Source: Guillardia theta CCMP2712 | Lineage: Eukaryota > Protista > Cryptophyta | Assembly (NCBI RefSeq): GCF_000315625.1 | Contig: NW_005434663.1 | Location: forward strand, 186,001-250,000 | DNA: 64,000 bases | Direction of reading: 5' to 3' | Part shown: piece by piece, positions 52,509 through 64,000 of the stretch | How the letters are laid out: each line of letters begins with the position of its first letter | Numbering within the stretch: the first letter of the stretch is position 1 | Position numbers and translations under genes: made by a program | Notes under the pieces: model-generated | Seen by the model: the letters and a program-made list of their open reading frames with translations, nothing else | Told to the model about the DNA's origin: nothing | Database searches by the model: none

Positions 52509-53638
52509 CTTCTAGACCCCCTCTGGCTCGAGAAGTGCTTGCACCCGCAAGGGCGTCATGCGCCTCGCACCAGACAAGAGCGCCTCCAGCGTCAGCTACA
52601 TGGTGAGGCGCTGGTTGGTGGCGGCGCGTTTGCGAGCCAAGACCTCAGCAGCAGGTCCATCATCAGGAACGAAGTGCCGACCAAATGCTACATCCTCAAG
52701 AGGCATCGAGCGCTGAGCAATGATGTCCGCCAGATACCTGAAGCGGCCGGGCTTGTGTTTTGGGTGTGATTGTGCAGCTTCTCGCTGTGTGCTGTGTGCC
52801 AGGAGGTTTAGCTTGTTCCTGCTTTGTTTTGCTTGAGGCACTTTTTACCTTCTGCCAGTAAATCCATAGATTCACACAAGCCCGAAAAGAACCAGTCCCA
52901 GGCGGACCTACTAGTCCCAGGCGGACCCCCGGGCAACGCCGGCTCCTTGTCGGCGGCTGCCCTTTCTCCGTCCGCGGCCGCCCGCTTTGTGGCGGGAGCG
53001 GACGTCTCGACTGACAGTGGTCAGTCGGCTGCCTCCGGGTATCGCGTCTAAGGGATTTTCTTCCTCCTGCATGCTCCTGCTGCTTGTTGCTTGATTGCCT
53101 GACCCTTAGGCTGCTTGTCTGCGCGGCTTCGCGCTTGGGCTGGCGATGCCGTGTCTGGGTGCCAGCAGTGCTGGTTGTTTTCGGGCTTGTGTTTTGTGTG
53201 TGTTTGTGCAGCTTCTCGCTGTGGACTGTGTGCCTGCCGGTTCAGCTTGTTCCTGCTTTGTTTTGCTTGAGGCACTTTTTACCTTCTGCCAGTAAATCCT
53301 ATGTCTCTCTAGTCATAGCATATGCAGCGCGATGTTTGCGAATCTTCTCAGACGCTGCAACATGGAGGGCGTCGAGGTATGTATGTATAGGATTTACTGG
53401 CAGAAGGTAAAAAGTGCCTCAAGCAAAACAAAGCAGGAACAACCTAAACCTCCAGGCACACAGTCCACAGCGAGAAGCTGCACAAACACACACAAAACAC
53501 AAGCCCGAAAAGAACCAGCACTGCTGGCACCCAGACGCGGCATCGCCAGCCCAAGCGCGAAGCCGCGCAGACAAGCAGCCTAAGGGTCAAGCAATCAAGC
53601 AACTTGCAAGCAGCAGGAGCATGCAGGAGGAATAACAT

Positions 53639-53836
53639 NNNNNNNNNNNNNNNNNNNNNNNNNNNNNNNNNNNNNNNNNNNNNNNNNNNNNNNNNNNNNN
53701 NNNNNNNNNNNNNNNNNNNNNNNNNNNNNNNNNNNNNNNNNNNNNNNNNNNNNNNNNNNNNNNNNNNNNNNNNNNNNNNNNNNNNNNNNNNNNNNNNNNN
53801 NNNNNNNNNNNNNNNNNNNNNNNNNNNNNNNNNNNN
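53639..53836. other. Assembly gap (N run)
   Basis: N bases in the sequence. Confidence 1.
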
Positions 53837-55322
53837 CTAGCCTCCGAGTCAGCGGTAGCCGAGTCAGCGGTAGCCGCCCGTGACGGCGGCGACGCCGCGG
53901 CAATGCCCAAGGACCGGCGTGACCCGACCGATGCCGGGGAGGAAGCAGGCGAGCTCGGACCAGCAGCAAGCACCCCAGTGGTGTCGAGCTCTCCGGAGGC
54001 ACCCGACGTCACAGTGAGGGACGGAGACGCCTCGCCAGCTCCGCGCCGATCGTCGGGGCCACTCGAAGGGTGTCCCCCATCGGAGTCGGAGACCTCCGGC
54101 GAAGACTCCTCGGGCGACTCGACAAAGTCCGAGGAGGAGCTGTCCTCTGGCTATAATGGATTTACTGGCAGAAGGTAAAAAGTGCCTCAAGCAAAACAAA
54201 GCAGGAACAAGCTAAACCTCTGGCTCGAGAAGTGCTTGCGCCCGCAAGGGCGTCATGCGCCTCGCACCAGACAAGAGCGCTTCCAGCGTCAACTGCATGG
54301 TGAGGCGCTGATAGGTGAGAGATAGGTGAGAGATACCTCTGAGAGATATATACGGCGGCGCGTTTGCGAGCCAGGACCTCAGCAGCAGGGCCGTCATCAG
54401 GCACGAAGTGCCGACCAAACGCCGCATCCTCAAGAGGCATTGAGCGCTGAGCAATGATGTCCGCGAGATACCAGATGAAGCGGAGGGTGTGAGGCCAGGA
54501 TGCAGGGTACCGTCCGTCGAGATGGCAAGAGGGATGAACGCTCGAGGAGGAGTAGTCATGGCATATGCAGCGCGATGTTTGCGAATCTTCTCAGACGCTG
54601 CAACATGGAGGGCGTCGAGGTTCACCTTCCCCCACTTGGTTGACCTCCCCCCACTTGGTCAGGTCGGCAGAGCTGCCAATGTAAGTGCTGGTTCTTTTCG
54701 GGCTTGTGTTTTGGGTGTGATTGTGCAGCTTCTCGCTGTGTGCTGTGTGCCAGGAGGTTTAGCTTGTTCCTGCTTTGTTTTGCTTGAGGCACTTTTTAAA
54801 TCTTCCCCTGCCTCTGTCCGCTGCCCCAGGCGGACCCCCGGGCAACGCCGGCTCCTTGTCGGCGGCTGCTCTTTCTCCGTCCGCGACCGCCAGCTTTGCG
54901 GCGGCGGCGGACGTCTCGACTGACAGCGGTCAGTCGGCTGCCTCCGGGTATCGTGTATGAGGGCGTTCACGTCCCCTGCTGTGCCGGTCTCACGGTGCTC
55001 GTTGCTTGCCCCTCTCTGCTGTCTACGTGGCTAGTTTTACTCGCAGAAGGTAAAAAGTGCCTCTCACGCAGAAGAAAGCTTTCTCGCATAAGGTGAAAAT
55101 AATCTAAGAGAGTTGTGTACTTGCGCAGCTCTTGTCGTTGCGTGTTGTGTGCGTGGAGGTCTTGGTTGTCCCTACATGTCCAGCTTGAATTCTCTTGGAC
55201 CGGGCGAGTTAACTCTCTTGGGAGTAAGCATTGTGAGGGTACTGCGGCCGTCAATCGGAGCAAAGGACCTCGGGAAGTAGTCGGGGATGATCTCACTAAA
55301 ACTTCATTATGGTACAGGTGAA

Positions 55323-58245
55323 CTACTGATACAGGTGGCTCGAGCGACGCTCATCAACGGCTGAGCTATTGGCCATATGAATGGCAGGTATGAGGAAGGA
55401 GGTGGCTACCATGAGCAGCCCTGGGGTCACACTCGTCAGATCCTTACGCTTCTTCCTCCGAGTCCACCTGGAGCTGCCCAAGTGAGGAAGTAGGAGGAGG
55501 TCATGTCCCTTAGAGCCCCTCCCAGCGGCGCCGCAAGAACAACTCCAGGAGCCTGAGCAGCAGATGCGAGACCGAAGGCGAGGGGAAGGTTGACTGCTCC
55601 TGCTCACCTTGCTCACCGCTCCAACCCTCTCCCCCCCTGTTTGCCTTCCTCTGCTCTCGACTGCTGTCTATCCTCTCTTCCATCTCCTTCCTTTTCCACA
55701 AGCAATTCACCGATCTGTTCGACGAGGATGGGAGCTATCAGCGCTACGACGCTTCCTGCCTGCTCGAGTTACCGATGGCCAATGCAAGAAGAGGTTAGGC
55801 TCACAAAGCTGCCAAAGAAAATGGCGAAGAGAACCTGGCATAGCAAGCGATCAGCAACAGACGAGCAAGAGAGGATTGAGAGGTGAGATCTCAGGGTTGG
55901 TGAAGGAGGGGGAGGATGCGACTTCACCAGGGTCGCTTCTTGCTGTGGGAGGAATGCGAGGGAGGCGACAGCGAGTCCAGTGATCGCCATGCTGGCCTGA
56001 CATGAGCGACTCAGCATCCTTCTGCCCTCAACCCTCGTCACTTGTAGCAGCTTCATCTGTGAGAGAAACGACGCCGCCCTGCCTGCAAGTCGCAGGTCAG
56101 ACGAGGAGGCACATCAACTCTACTGACCTATCAGCAGCCTTCCAATCGTCGACGATATGCCCATGATGGCAACGAGCCTACAAAACATCGCTTCACTCTC
56201 CTCCTCGGTCTCGGTCTAATTCGGCCTCCTCCTCCTCCTCCTCCTCCTCCTCCTCCTCCTCCTCCTCCTCCTCCTCCTCCTCCATACCTTGCCGACTGCG
56301 AAGATGTCAATCCGACTTCGCCCTATCACCAGAAAAGAGTTACAGTCGCCTTTCTCCCCTTCCGCTCCCTCCCTCCTCTCAGCTTCGTCCCTGTCCCTGT
56401 CCTTGTCCTGGTCCTTGTCCTCCTCTCCCGATTGGTTATGCATCTTACTCTTCAACTCACCTCCGCAAAAGCCACAAGAAACGTGTAAGGGATCCACAAG
56501 ACGGCAGCATAGACGAGCAGCACAAGAGCTGCGAGAGGGGTGAGCTGAGAAACAAGTACAAGGCAGCGACCCAGCAGACGGAAAGCGTGACAGCTATTCA
56601 AGGCAGGTGAGGGGAGGGAGAAGAAGCCATGGAAGACGCACCTCAGGATATCGTGCGAAGACATTTCTTGTAGGACAAAAGACTCAGGGGCATAACCAAT
56701 GACATCAAACAGCGGCACCCGAGAATTTTCGCTCCTCCGCTTCCTCCATTGGCTCAGCACAAGAGTCTCTCACGCTGAGGGGGAGGTTTCTTCCTCTCTC
56801 GATCTCCTCGTCTCCTCCTACTTCTTCTCGGAAGTCACTTCATTGAGACTTTCCTTCAATTCATCGCTCACCCATCTGCTCTCCCGGCTTCTTTGTTTCC
56901 GTTTTCTGCCCGAATCGGATGGGGAAGTAGGTTGAAGCCGACAGCGCGTTCCCAACACCTGCGTCGCAGCATGAGCGTTGCTGCGCTCCTCCTCCTTCTC
57001 GCCTGTGATGATGGCGAGGGCTCGAAGCGTGGAGCGCCAGCCGATCAAGTCGATCAAGACGCTGGGGAGGAGCAAGTGAGGCAAGGTAGGCTTTCCACGT
57101 CGCCCTCCGCACCTTGTGATGCTCGCAAAGATGATTGTTCCTATACCACTCCCTGCCAAGCAATTGATTACAAGCAGTCTAGCGCCAGCCAAGCGCTGCC
57201 GTTGCCATCCTATCTGCGCCGCATTCTCTTCGCTTCCTTTCCTCTCTCTCGTCACATCGATGGCCCCCACGTCTCAGCATCTCCAGCTGCCAGTCTCCCT
57301 CTCTTGCTCTCGCCATCTCAAGTCGCGGCCTCACCGGCAACACTCAGTCCAGAGCAGAGAGCGCGCTTGCTTGTGAAATATCGGTTGACAGCAATGACAG
57401 CTGGCGCCCAGGTGAGCGCGAACCCGACGCCTGCGAGTATGTGAGCCTGACTCTCCTCAGCTCAGCATCACCAGCGATCAATCCGTAGGTGAAGTAGAGC
57501 ATCCAGAGCGATGAGACCAAGCTGCAGGCGACGCGTGACGACACCACCTCTCCCCTCCTCCCTCCCTGTTCATCATCCCCCACTGCTGGCTCTAAGTGCT
57601 CATGCTAAGTGCTGCTCCTCTCCTTCCCTCCTTCCAGCCCTCTTATACTGCCACCTTGAGAGGAAGAGCCCGCACGAGATCAGCAGCGAGCCCTGCACGT
57701 TTCTCAAAACATCCAGAAGCGGCAGAGAAGCATCGCTCGTACCACTAGCGGAACGATACGCATGCCATAGCGCCTGACCAGCACGCCAGCAGGATACGAG
57801 CAGAGGAGCATCAGAGCAGAGGCAATGGACCCTGAGGTACATTAGGATGGGTTTGCATGGAGGTTCTGGACCTGTCCATGCAGAAGCGGAGGTGGCACCT
57901 TTGCTGCCGAGGCTTTCATCTTCCAATAGAACCTGAGGAGATTCTGAGCGGTTGACGATGCCCAGCCTCCATCACCTTAAAGAAGATCCCAAACGAGTAC
58001 TGCAACCCCAACACATTGACATGCGTGAGGAAACCTGTTTCACTCTCAACTACAGCTTGGTATTCCCTGCCCCTCCTGCCCCTCCTGCCCCTCCTACCCC
58101 TCCTGCCCCTCCTGCCCCTCCTGCCCCTCCTGCCCCTCCTGCCCCTCCTGCCCCTCCTCCTGCCTCTCAAGCTTATCTATGGCCTCTTACCTGCTGCCAC
58201 CACCACCCATCCCCAGCCTCCATCCGGCGGCTCATCGAAGTGCAT
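55323..58245 (-). CDS. MFS transporter, monocarboxylate (MCT/SLC16) family
   Basis: MHFDEPPDGGWGWVVVAA|GFLTHVNVLGLQYSFGIFFK, YFTYGLIAG, GSGIGTIIF, LIGWRSTLR; multiple TM exons. Confidence 0.88.
58066..58165. repeat. (CCTGCCCCT)n 9-bp repeat in first intron of the MFS gene
   Basis: Read directly. Confidence 0.9.
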
Positions 58246-58309
58246 GGACTGCCTGGCTTGCTTGCTTGGGTCCCTGCAGGAGGCCTGGGGTTTCTTCAGT
58301 GCTGGTCCT

Positions 58310-58640
58310 GTCAAGCCGCCGGGCCCGCCGGGCAGTCGGGAGTTGTGGTGGGAATTGAGAGGGGGTGGGGGGTTATGTCCAAGGGGGTGGGGGTTATGTC
58401 AGAGGGGGGTACTCCTGGTAGGATCGATCGAAGGCCTCTCGTGGTGCGAGACAAGCAGTGGGTAGGGGTGGTCTCAGAGATTTCTAGAAGGACCCACTTT
58501 GTTATGGGCAAAGGGTAGGGTAGTATATGAGGTACCTGAGGGGTATCCGACAGGCGGGGTGGGAAGGGTGGTGGGTACCCGAAGCTCCCATGCAGGAGCT
58601 ACGTGAAAGCTGTAGAGATGGTGGAGTACGAGAGGAGTAT
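58310..58640. repeat. G-tract-rich (GGGGT/GGGTA) intergenic block
   Basis: Strand-skewed G-runs; duplicated GGGGGTGGGGG(G)TTATGTC. Confidence 0.5.
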
Positions 58641-59022
58641 ACATAAGAGAGCCGAGGGTTCAAGTTGTAGACGAGCATGAGATAGATGGACTACAAGCTC
58701 GATGTGCAGATTCAGCAAAAGAGGCTCTGAATGCAGCGAGGAGAAGTTAAACTATTGAAATATTCAAATACGGAGCTAGAATGGGAAGATGAACATGAAA
58801 GAAATCCAACGATACCTAAACGAGCTAGGGCAGTTGAGATCAAATTTCAAAGGGCATGATGAACAATGCTGTGAGCGGAGTTGCAGCATTGCAAGGAATC
58901 CGATTCCAAAATATCCTCACAGGAAACGCCTATCAGAGTGTGGAGTTGACTTCAAGCTGTTGACCTTTTGTGACTGATCAAAACTTTCCGGTACAGGAAT
59001 ATCGATTTGCGCTGGTTCTGCC

Positions 59023-61100
59023 ATGCGTGACTATCAGAGCAGACAATTCAATGACGGGTACGGAAGAGGGAGAGAGAACTGGCGCGAGAACGTTTATGAA
59101 CGAGATTATCAACATCACGATGATCGAGATTATCAATATCATGATCGACGGCGAAATCGATTTGATGACAAAAGAAGGCAGGCCAGACATCCTGATACAT
59201 ACGATTCGAGGGATGAACGCTACGGCAGGGACAGACATAGATACGATCCGAGAGAGTTTACTGATCGTCGACCAACACGGCGAGAGTCCTGGGTGGAAAG
59301 GAGTCGGGGACGATCACGCTCAAGATCGCGATCTTCCTCTTGCGACTCAGAGGGACACATCTCATCGAGGATTGACAGGATAACAGATCGTTTTCTAGTA
59401 GAGAAGCAACTCGACAAAGGAACTTTTGGAGCCGTTTTTCGTGCGTACGACCGTAAGCATCGAGATGTTGTTGCAATCAAGGTCAAAACTGCATTTTCTT
59501 TCATTCTCACCTACTTTGTATCCGTTAATTGTTTAAAATTCTTCAAAGGTCGTTCGACGTGTAAAGCGTTACGTCGAAGATGCTCTCATTGAAGTGAATA
59601 TTTTAGAGAAACTCTGCCGGTAAGACTATTTGCGGCTATGAGCTAGAGTGACTGACGAAAACAAGAATGGACAAGGAAGGAAGATTCTGTGTGCAGATGT
59701 ACAAATGTTTCCATTATGACCATCACTTCTGCATTGTGAGTGCTTCGCCTGAATTCCAGAGATATCACTTCGGAAGTCTGCATTCTACAAGAGTATGACA
59801 GTCGCTGGTGTGCAACAGGTCACAGAGCTGCTAGGAAAGAGCCTCTATCTTGCTTTGAAGAATCAAAAGCACAGACCTCGACCAGGTTGCAAGCTCCTCT
59901 GTTTCCAGACGGTCTGAATTTGGATGAAGGAGTTCGACCCAATACTCTTCGGATCATTTCAAAACAGCTGTGTGAATGCATGCAGTTCCTGTAAGTATCT
60001 GTTGGATGCGCTGGAAGTCTTGATTGTGATAACGTGACGGCTGCAGTCGAGAAGCTGGATTGATACATGCTGACTTGAAGACTGAGAATGTTCTTCTTCA
60101 GGTTTGTGAGAGCAGTGGTGCAGTTGCTTCCTCATGTTGACTTCTTTACGCAGCATCCTGACATGACCTTAGATGACCCGAACCCACGGGTATTGCTCGA
60201 CACCAGCGTCAAGAGGCGTCTGAGGTTCCGCTGCTGAGAACTTGGAACAGGTCAAGTTGATCGATTTCGGAGCTGCAACGTGGGATGAAGACGACCATGG
60301 AACGATCATTCAGACCAGGTCGTCAGACGATCTTGCTGCAGGCCCCGGGGGTATGACCATATCTTGCCTCAGACACTACAGGGCGCCAGAAGTTGTGCTG
60401 GGTCTGCCTTGGACTTTCCCATGTGACATGTGGAGCATTGCCTGCATCATCTTAGAGCTGTGACCCCCCTCTTGCTGCTTCCTCCACGAGAGGCGGCTGA
60501 AGCTTTGCTCCCAGGCGAGAGGGGGTGTTGACGTTCGACACCCACGACACTGCACAGTAGTTGCGAGGAAGTAGCGCTTCCTCTTCTTGACTCGCTTGCT
60601 GCAGGCACCTAGCTATGATGGAGAGACTGTCTGGTCCCATTCCTGTGGCTATGGCACGCAATGCTGGTGAAGGGAGCTTTTCGGCGCATGAGGGTCTGAT
60701 GTGAGAAACAGATCATGGAGCAGAAGATTTGTTCGATCGTGATCATTGGAGGTTGGAGAGTTGGCTCAAGCGCATTATGCCTTATCTTGATCGTTAGGCT
60801 GAGATGGCCTGAGCTCTCTGGAGGAGAGCGGGGAAGGAAGAGAGATTACAGAGCTGAGAATGAAGTAGAGCGAGTCCGTGCCTTGTATGAGATTTGACAT
60901 GAAAATGCGGTTTCTGACGAGAATGTGCAGGACCGAGCGACTCAGTGACGATGCACTTCTGAGGTAAGCCCCGGCCGTTAACAACTTGGCATGATCTTTG
61001 AACCGCAGGGACATGCTTGTTCCCATGTTCCATATCGATCCTTCCCTGAGACTCACTCCTCGTGATGCTTTGAGCTCGCCCTACTTTACATCAAGCCTGA
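59023..61100 (+). CDS. LAMMER/CLK-family dual-specificity protein kinase
   Basis: RS/RD-rich N-terminus; [52 protein letters not shown]. Confidence 0.93.
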
Positions 61101-61194
61101 CCTCTCTCGCGAATTAAAATTCCGCTGGCATGGCAAGATGATTCTGAATCATCAGTGTGATTGGCCCGAGTCAGCTTTGGCTTCAGTTTTCTAC

Positions 61195-61930
61195 CGTACG
61201 ACGACGACGGTGACTCCGACGACCGAGTCGACGACGGTGACTCCGACGACTCTCTCAGTCCTTCTCGGGCGATTCCGAGGAAGTTCCGGAGACCCCGGGC
61301 CCTCTAGTCTGTCCGACATCATGCCATGATAGATAGGCGATTATCTGTTATTAGAGCTTAATTATCTGTTATTAGAGCTTAATTATCTGTTATTAGAGCT
61401 TAATTCAGTAAATCATCACCGAAAACGAAAAAAAACACCAGCAACCCTATCCCCTACCCCTACCCCTACCCTACCCTACCCATGACCCTTACTTAAAACA
61501 CCACCCCCATGCATACTACCTCCCACACTACCCCACCTTCTTGTAAGCCCTTTCCTCTTTTTATGACCCCAAAATTTCAGGTACCCCTACCTTCCAAACT
61601 GACTACCCCCTTCTATGTAGGTGTTCTGCAACTCACCTTGTCCACCCCTCCTTTGCCCTCTTATCTCCCACCCCCCTGGAAGCAACCCAATCTCCGACGC
61701 TTTCACCACCCCACCCCAGTAGAGCTTCAGCCTTTATTCCTCAGTCCTACCCCTACCCCCATTAACCTCATGCTGATACCGTACGATTCAGGGGTATACC
61801 ACCATTTTCTATCTTTCCAGAGTACCCACCACGACGCAGCCCCTACCTTCTGGTATCTTCATCACCCCTCCTCCTTAGCCTGTGACCACCTACCCTGACG
61901 GATCCAGGAGTAGTACCCCTGGCGGTCTCC
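61195..61930. repeat. Intergenic composite: GACGACGGTGACTCCGACGAC duplication, 21-bp ATTATCTGTTATTAGAGCTTA x3, A-run, then CCCTA/ACCCC-rich tract
   Basis: Read directly; (C)CCCTA-like units at 61445-61482. Confidence 0.7.
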
Positions 61931-62927
61931 ACAGAACTGTCACATTGTCGTTGCAACCTGGCGTCAGGAATGGTGCAGGGGAATGAGGAACTGCTGGCAC
62001 AAAGATGAGGAGGCGAAAGACGAGGGAGGAGGAGGAGGAGGAGGAAGGGGAGGGGGGGAGGAGGAGGAGGAAGGAAGAGGGAGAATGTCATTGTGATGTA
62101 GCAGCAGACTGAATGAGTTCTGTGAGTGCTTCAATACAGCAGGAGAGCTGTTGATGTGGCAGCGTGAGATTATCGAGGCAGGTGCAGCTAATGCCAGAAG
62201 ATCATACGAGAAAAACGTTTCCGATGTGACAGGATAATAGAAGTGGTGACCCAACAGTGATTGCTTCAAGAGCCTAGGTGTTGCAGCTAGATGGAGGAGT
62301 CTGAATCAGATTCCGAGTGTGGAGTGAGGTGTGAAGGTCAGAGGCAGTGAGGATGCGAGGGCAGCGACAAGACTGAGGTGTGGGCACAGGAGATTGGGAA
62401 CAAAGAGATATGGAAGGGGTGGGGGACAGGGTAGGTGTAGCATGGGAGCTACACAGAAAGGAATTGCGGGACGGAGAGGGAGGAATAATGTGGGAGGGAG
62501 TGAAGGGAGCAACAAAGTGAAGTACTTAGAGGTCAGGAGCTGTCCTCGTGATCATAATTGGTTCGTAAGAGGTCGAGGAATGTCGGAGGGCACTAGAGAA
62601 TGAACAAGTCCATGCACATCACTTTCAAAGGAATTGTCGATGTGAAGTTGCCCAAGACTTTCTTGCAATCGCATGATAAGCTCTCATGCTTCATGAATCT
62701 TATTGAATTAGTTTTTTTGATTTGTTGACGAATCTCTATCATCTGTTTCGCTCACAAGAATTTTCTTAACAGGAGTCGCTGAAGTTATGCCCACAACACG
62801 TGCTTCACATGCATGATGAGAACGAGATTCAGATTGAACTGGTGAAAACGCACAATATTTTGCTTCGAGAGATTCCTTAAAAACGCTGGACACTTCTGGT
62901 TTGTGTCTGTTCAATTGAAGGGTCAGG

Positions 62928-64000
62928 ATGGGGAACAAGCTGAGCAGAGGCAAGTCTGTTGATAGCAAGTTCACAAAACCTACTGGCCTGTACCCGACGT
63001 GTGATTGGGACGAGAAAACAGTCAAGAAACTCATTAACAAGAAGAAGGTGGCTCCGCGATATCCTGGTAGAGAAGAACCAGGGCCAGATCTTGATGAGTG
63101 TCCTATTTGCTTCTTGGTGAGAAACCCGCAACAGGCTGAAGAGCCTTCTCCTTGTTCTGACGAAAGTTTTCTTGATAGTGGTATCCCGGGGGTTTGAATC
63201 GCTCAAAATGCTGCAAAAAGCCGATCTGTACAGGTAAGGAATCGCATCGTAACAAAAGATTCAAGATGTTGACTGGGAGCGTACAGAATGCTTTCTGCAG
63301 TTCAAAAAGCCCAATGCTCAGAAAGCCATTCAATGTCCATTCTGCAATTCGTTGAATTACTCTGTAAAGTACACCGGCCAAATGACAAAAGAAGAGCGTG
63401 AAGCATTGGAAGCTGTGAGGATGTTTTCGTGTTTACCCTTGTCTTTTCACTTTCCTTCCTTGTTCTCTTCCATGTTGGCATTGTTGACTCACGTTTTTTA
63501 ATACACAGGAGGAGCAAAAGGTTATTGAAGCCAAGATCAGAGCGCGAAAAGCAGAGTTGTCAAGACAAATAGAGCGTGAGAAGGAGGTTGCTTTGGAGAG
63601 AGAGCAGAAGAAGCAAGAGGCTGCGGCAGCAGGCCCAACTCAACCACCACCTCCTCCAGAGAGTCATGACTCAAATCCCGTAAATCAATCTGCAAGAGAA
63701 TCCGAAAGCGGTTCTCGCAGATGGCGTCCAAGCGCGAATTCTGAAGGTGATGGTTGGTCTTTCGTTGAGAGTTTCAGAGACTCACTGATGATGCTTGTTT
63801 TCAGTGAATGATGACGAGGAGCATGACAGAGCGAATACTGATATAGAAGAGTTGATGGTAATGGAAGCTATAAGATTGTCTCTACTCGACATCAAAAATG
63901 GAGATTATGCAGGTGCAGTGCAGATGTAGTTTGTGCGAGTGCTTACAATCTTTTAAGATCAAGGTACTGAGAATGCTTCAGATGAGGACAGCAATACATA
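62928..64000 (+). CDS. GW2/DA2/Sip5-like RING E3 ubiquitin ligase (3' truncated by window)
   Basis: MGNKLSR (possible myristoylation), [30 protein letters not shown]|[18 protein letters not shown]|ECF...CPFC, later [14 protein letters not shown]. Confidence 0.85.

Larger units (their letters stand above)
50190..55180. mobile_element. Nest of 5'-truncated, rearranged non-LTR retrotransposon fragments (RLE-type, CRE-like)
   Basis: Reconstructed peptide KGDIHIP...ADVTLVHP...AASEKIRKH...FIPLAISTDGTLH resembles the restriction-like endonuclease C-terminus of early-branching non-LTR elements; about 12 copies of the 3'-end motif GAGGCACTTTTTACCTTCTG in both orientations; no RT seen. Confidence 0.7.

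Noticed and set aside
61960-62900. Possible small gene upstream of the RING ligase
   Set aside because: Only short ORFs in GA-rich sequence, no recognisable motif or consistent splice model.

Overview
Gene-dense eukaryotic nuclear DNA (GC-rich, many ~45-55 nt GT-AG introns). Several proteins carry signal peptide + Phe-initiated transit peptide leaders, which points to an alga with a complex red-derived plastid, most likely a cryptophyte (Guillardia/Hanusia-like; inferred, not provable here). About 19 intron-containing genes were reconstructed by eye: SNF2-like helicase (partial), two hypothetical membrane proteins, plastid-type His-box desaturase, proline-iminopeptidase-like hydrolase, TOP6B, a nuclear-encoded degenerate F1-alpha (AtpA-like) protein, a Fyv7/TAP26-like protein, an RCC1-TM-LRR protein, a GT23 fucosyltransferase-like protein, a SET-domain protein, an ankyrin-OSBP, a TPR protein, a 2x(6TM + RelA/SpoT-like) protein, a CS-domain/phycobiliprotein-fold fusion, a degenerate kinesin, an MCT-type MFS transporter, a LAMMER kinase and a GW2/DA2-like RING ligase (partial). 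There is also a ~5 kb scrambled nest of RLE-type non-LTR retrotransposon 3' fragments around an assembly gap, plus many tandem repeats. The most striking items are (1) a receptor-like tandem RelA/SpoT-like nucleotidyltransferase with adenylyl-cyclase-like 6TM-cat-6TM-cat architecture, (2) a plastid-targeted p23/CS co-chaperone fused to an allophycocyanin-like fold lacking the bilin Cys, visible only after splicing, and (3) a plastid-targeted AtpA paralog with a dead P-loop. All gene models are manual; exon boundaries and starts need RNA-seq confirmation.
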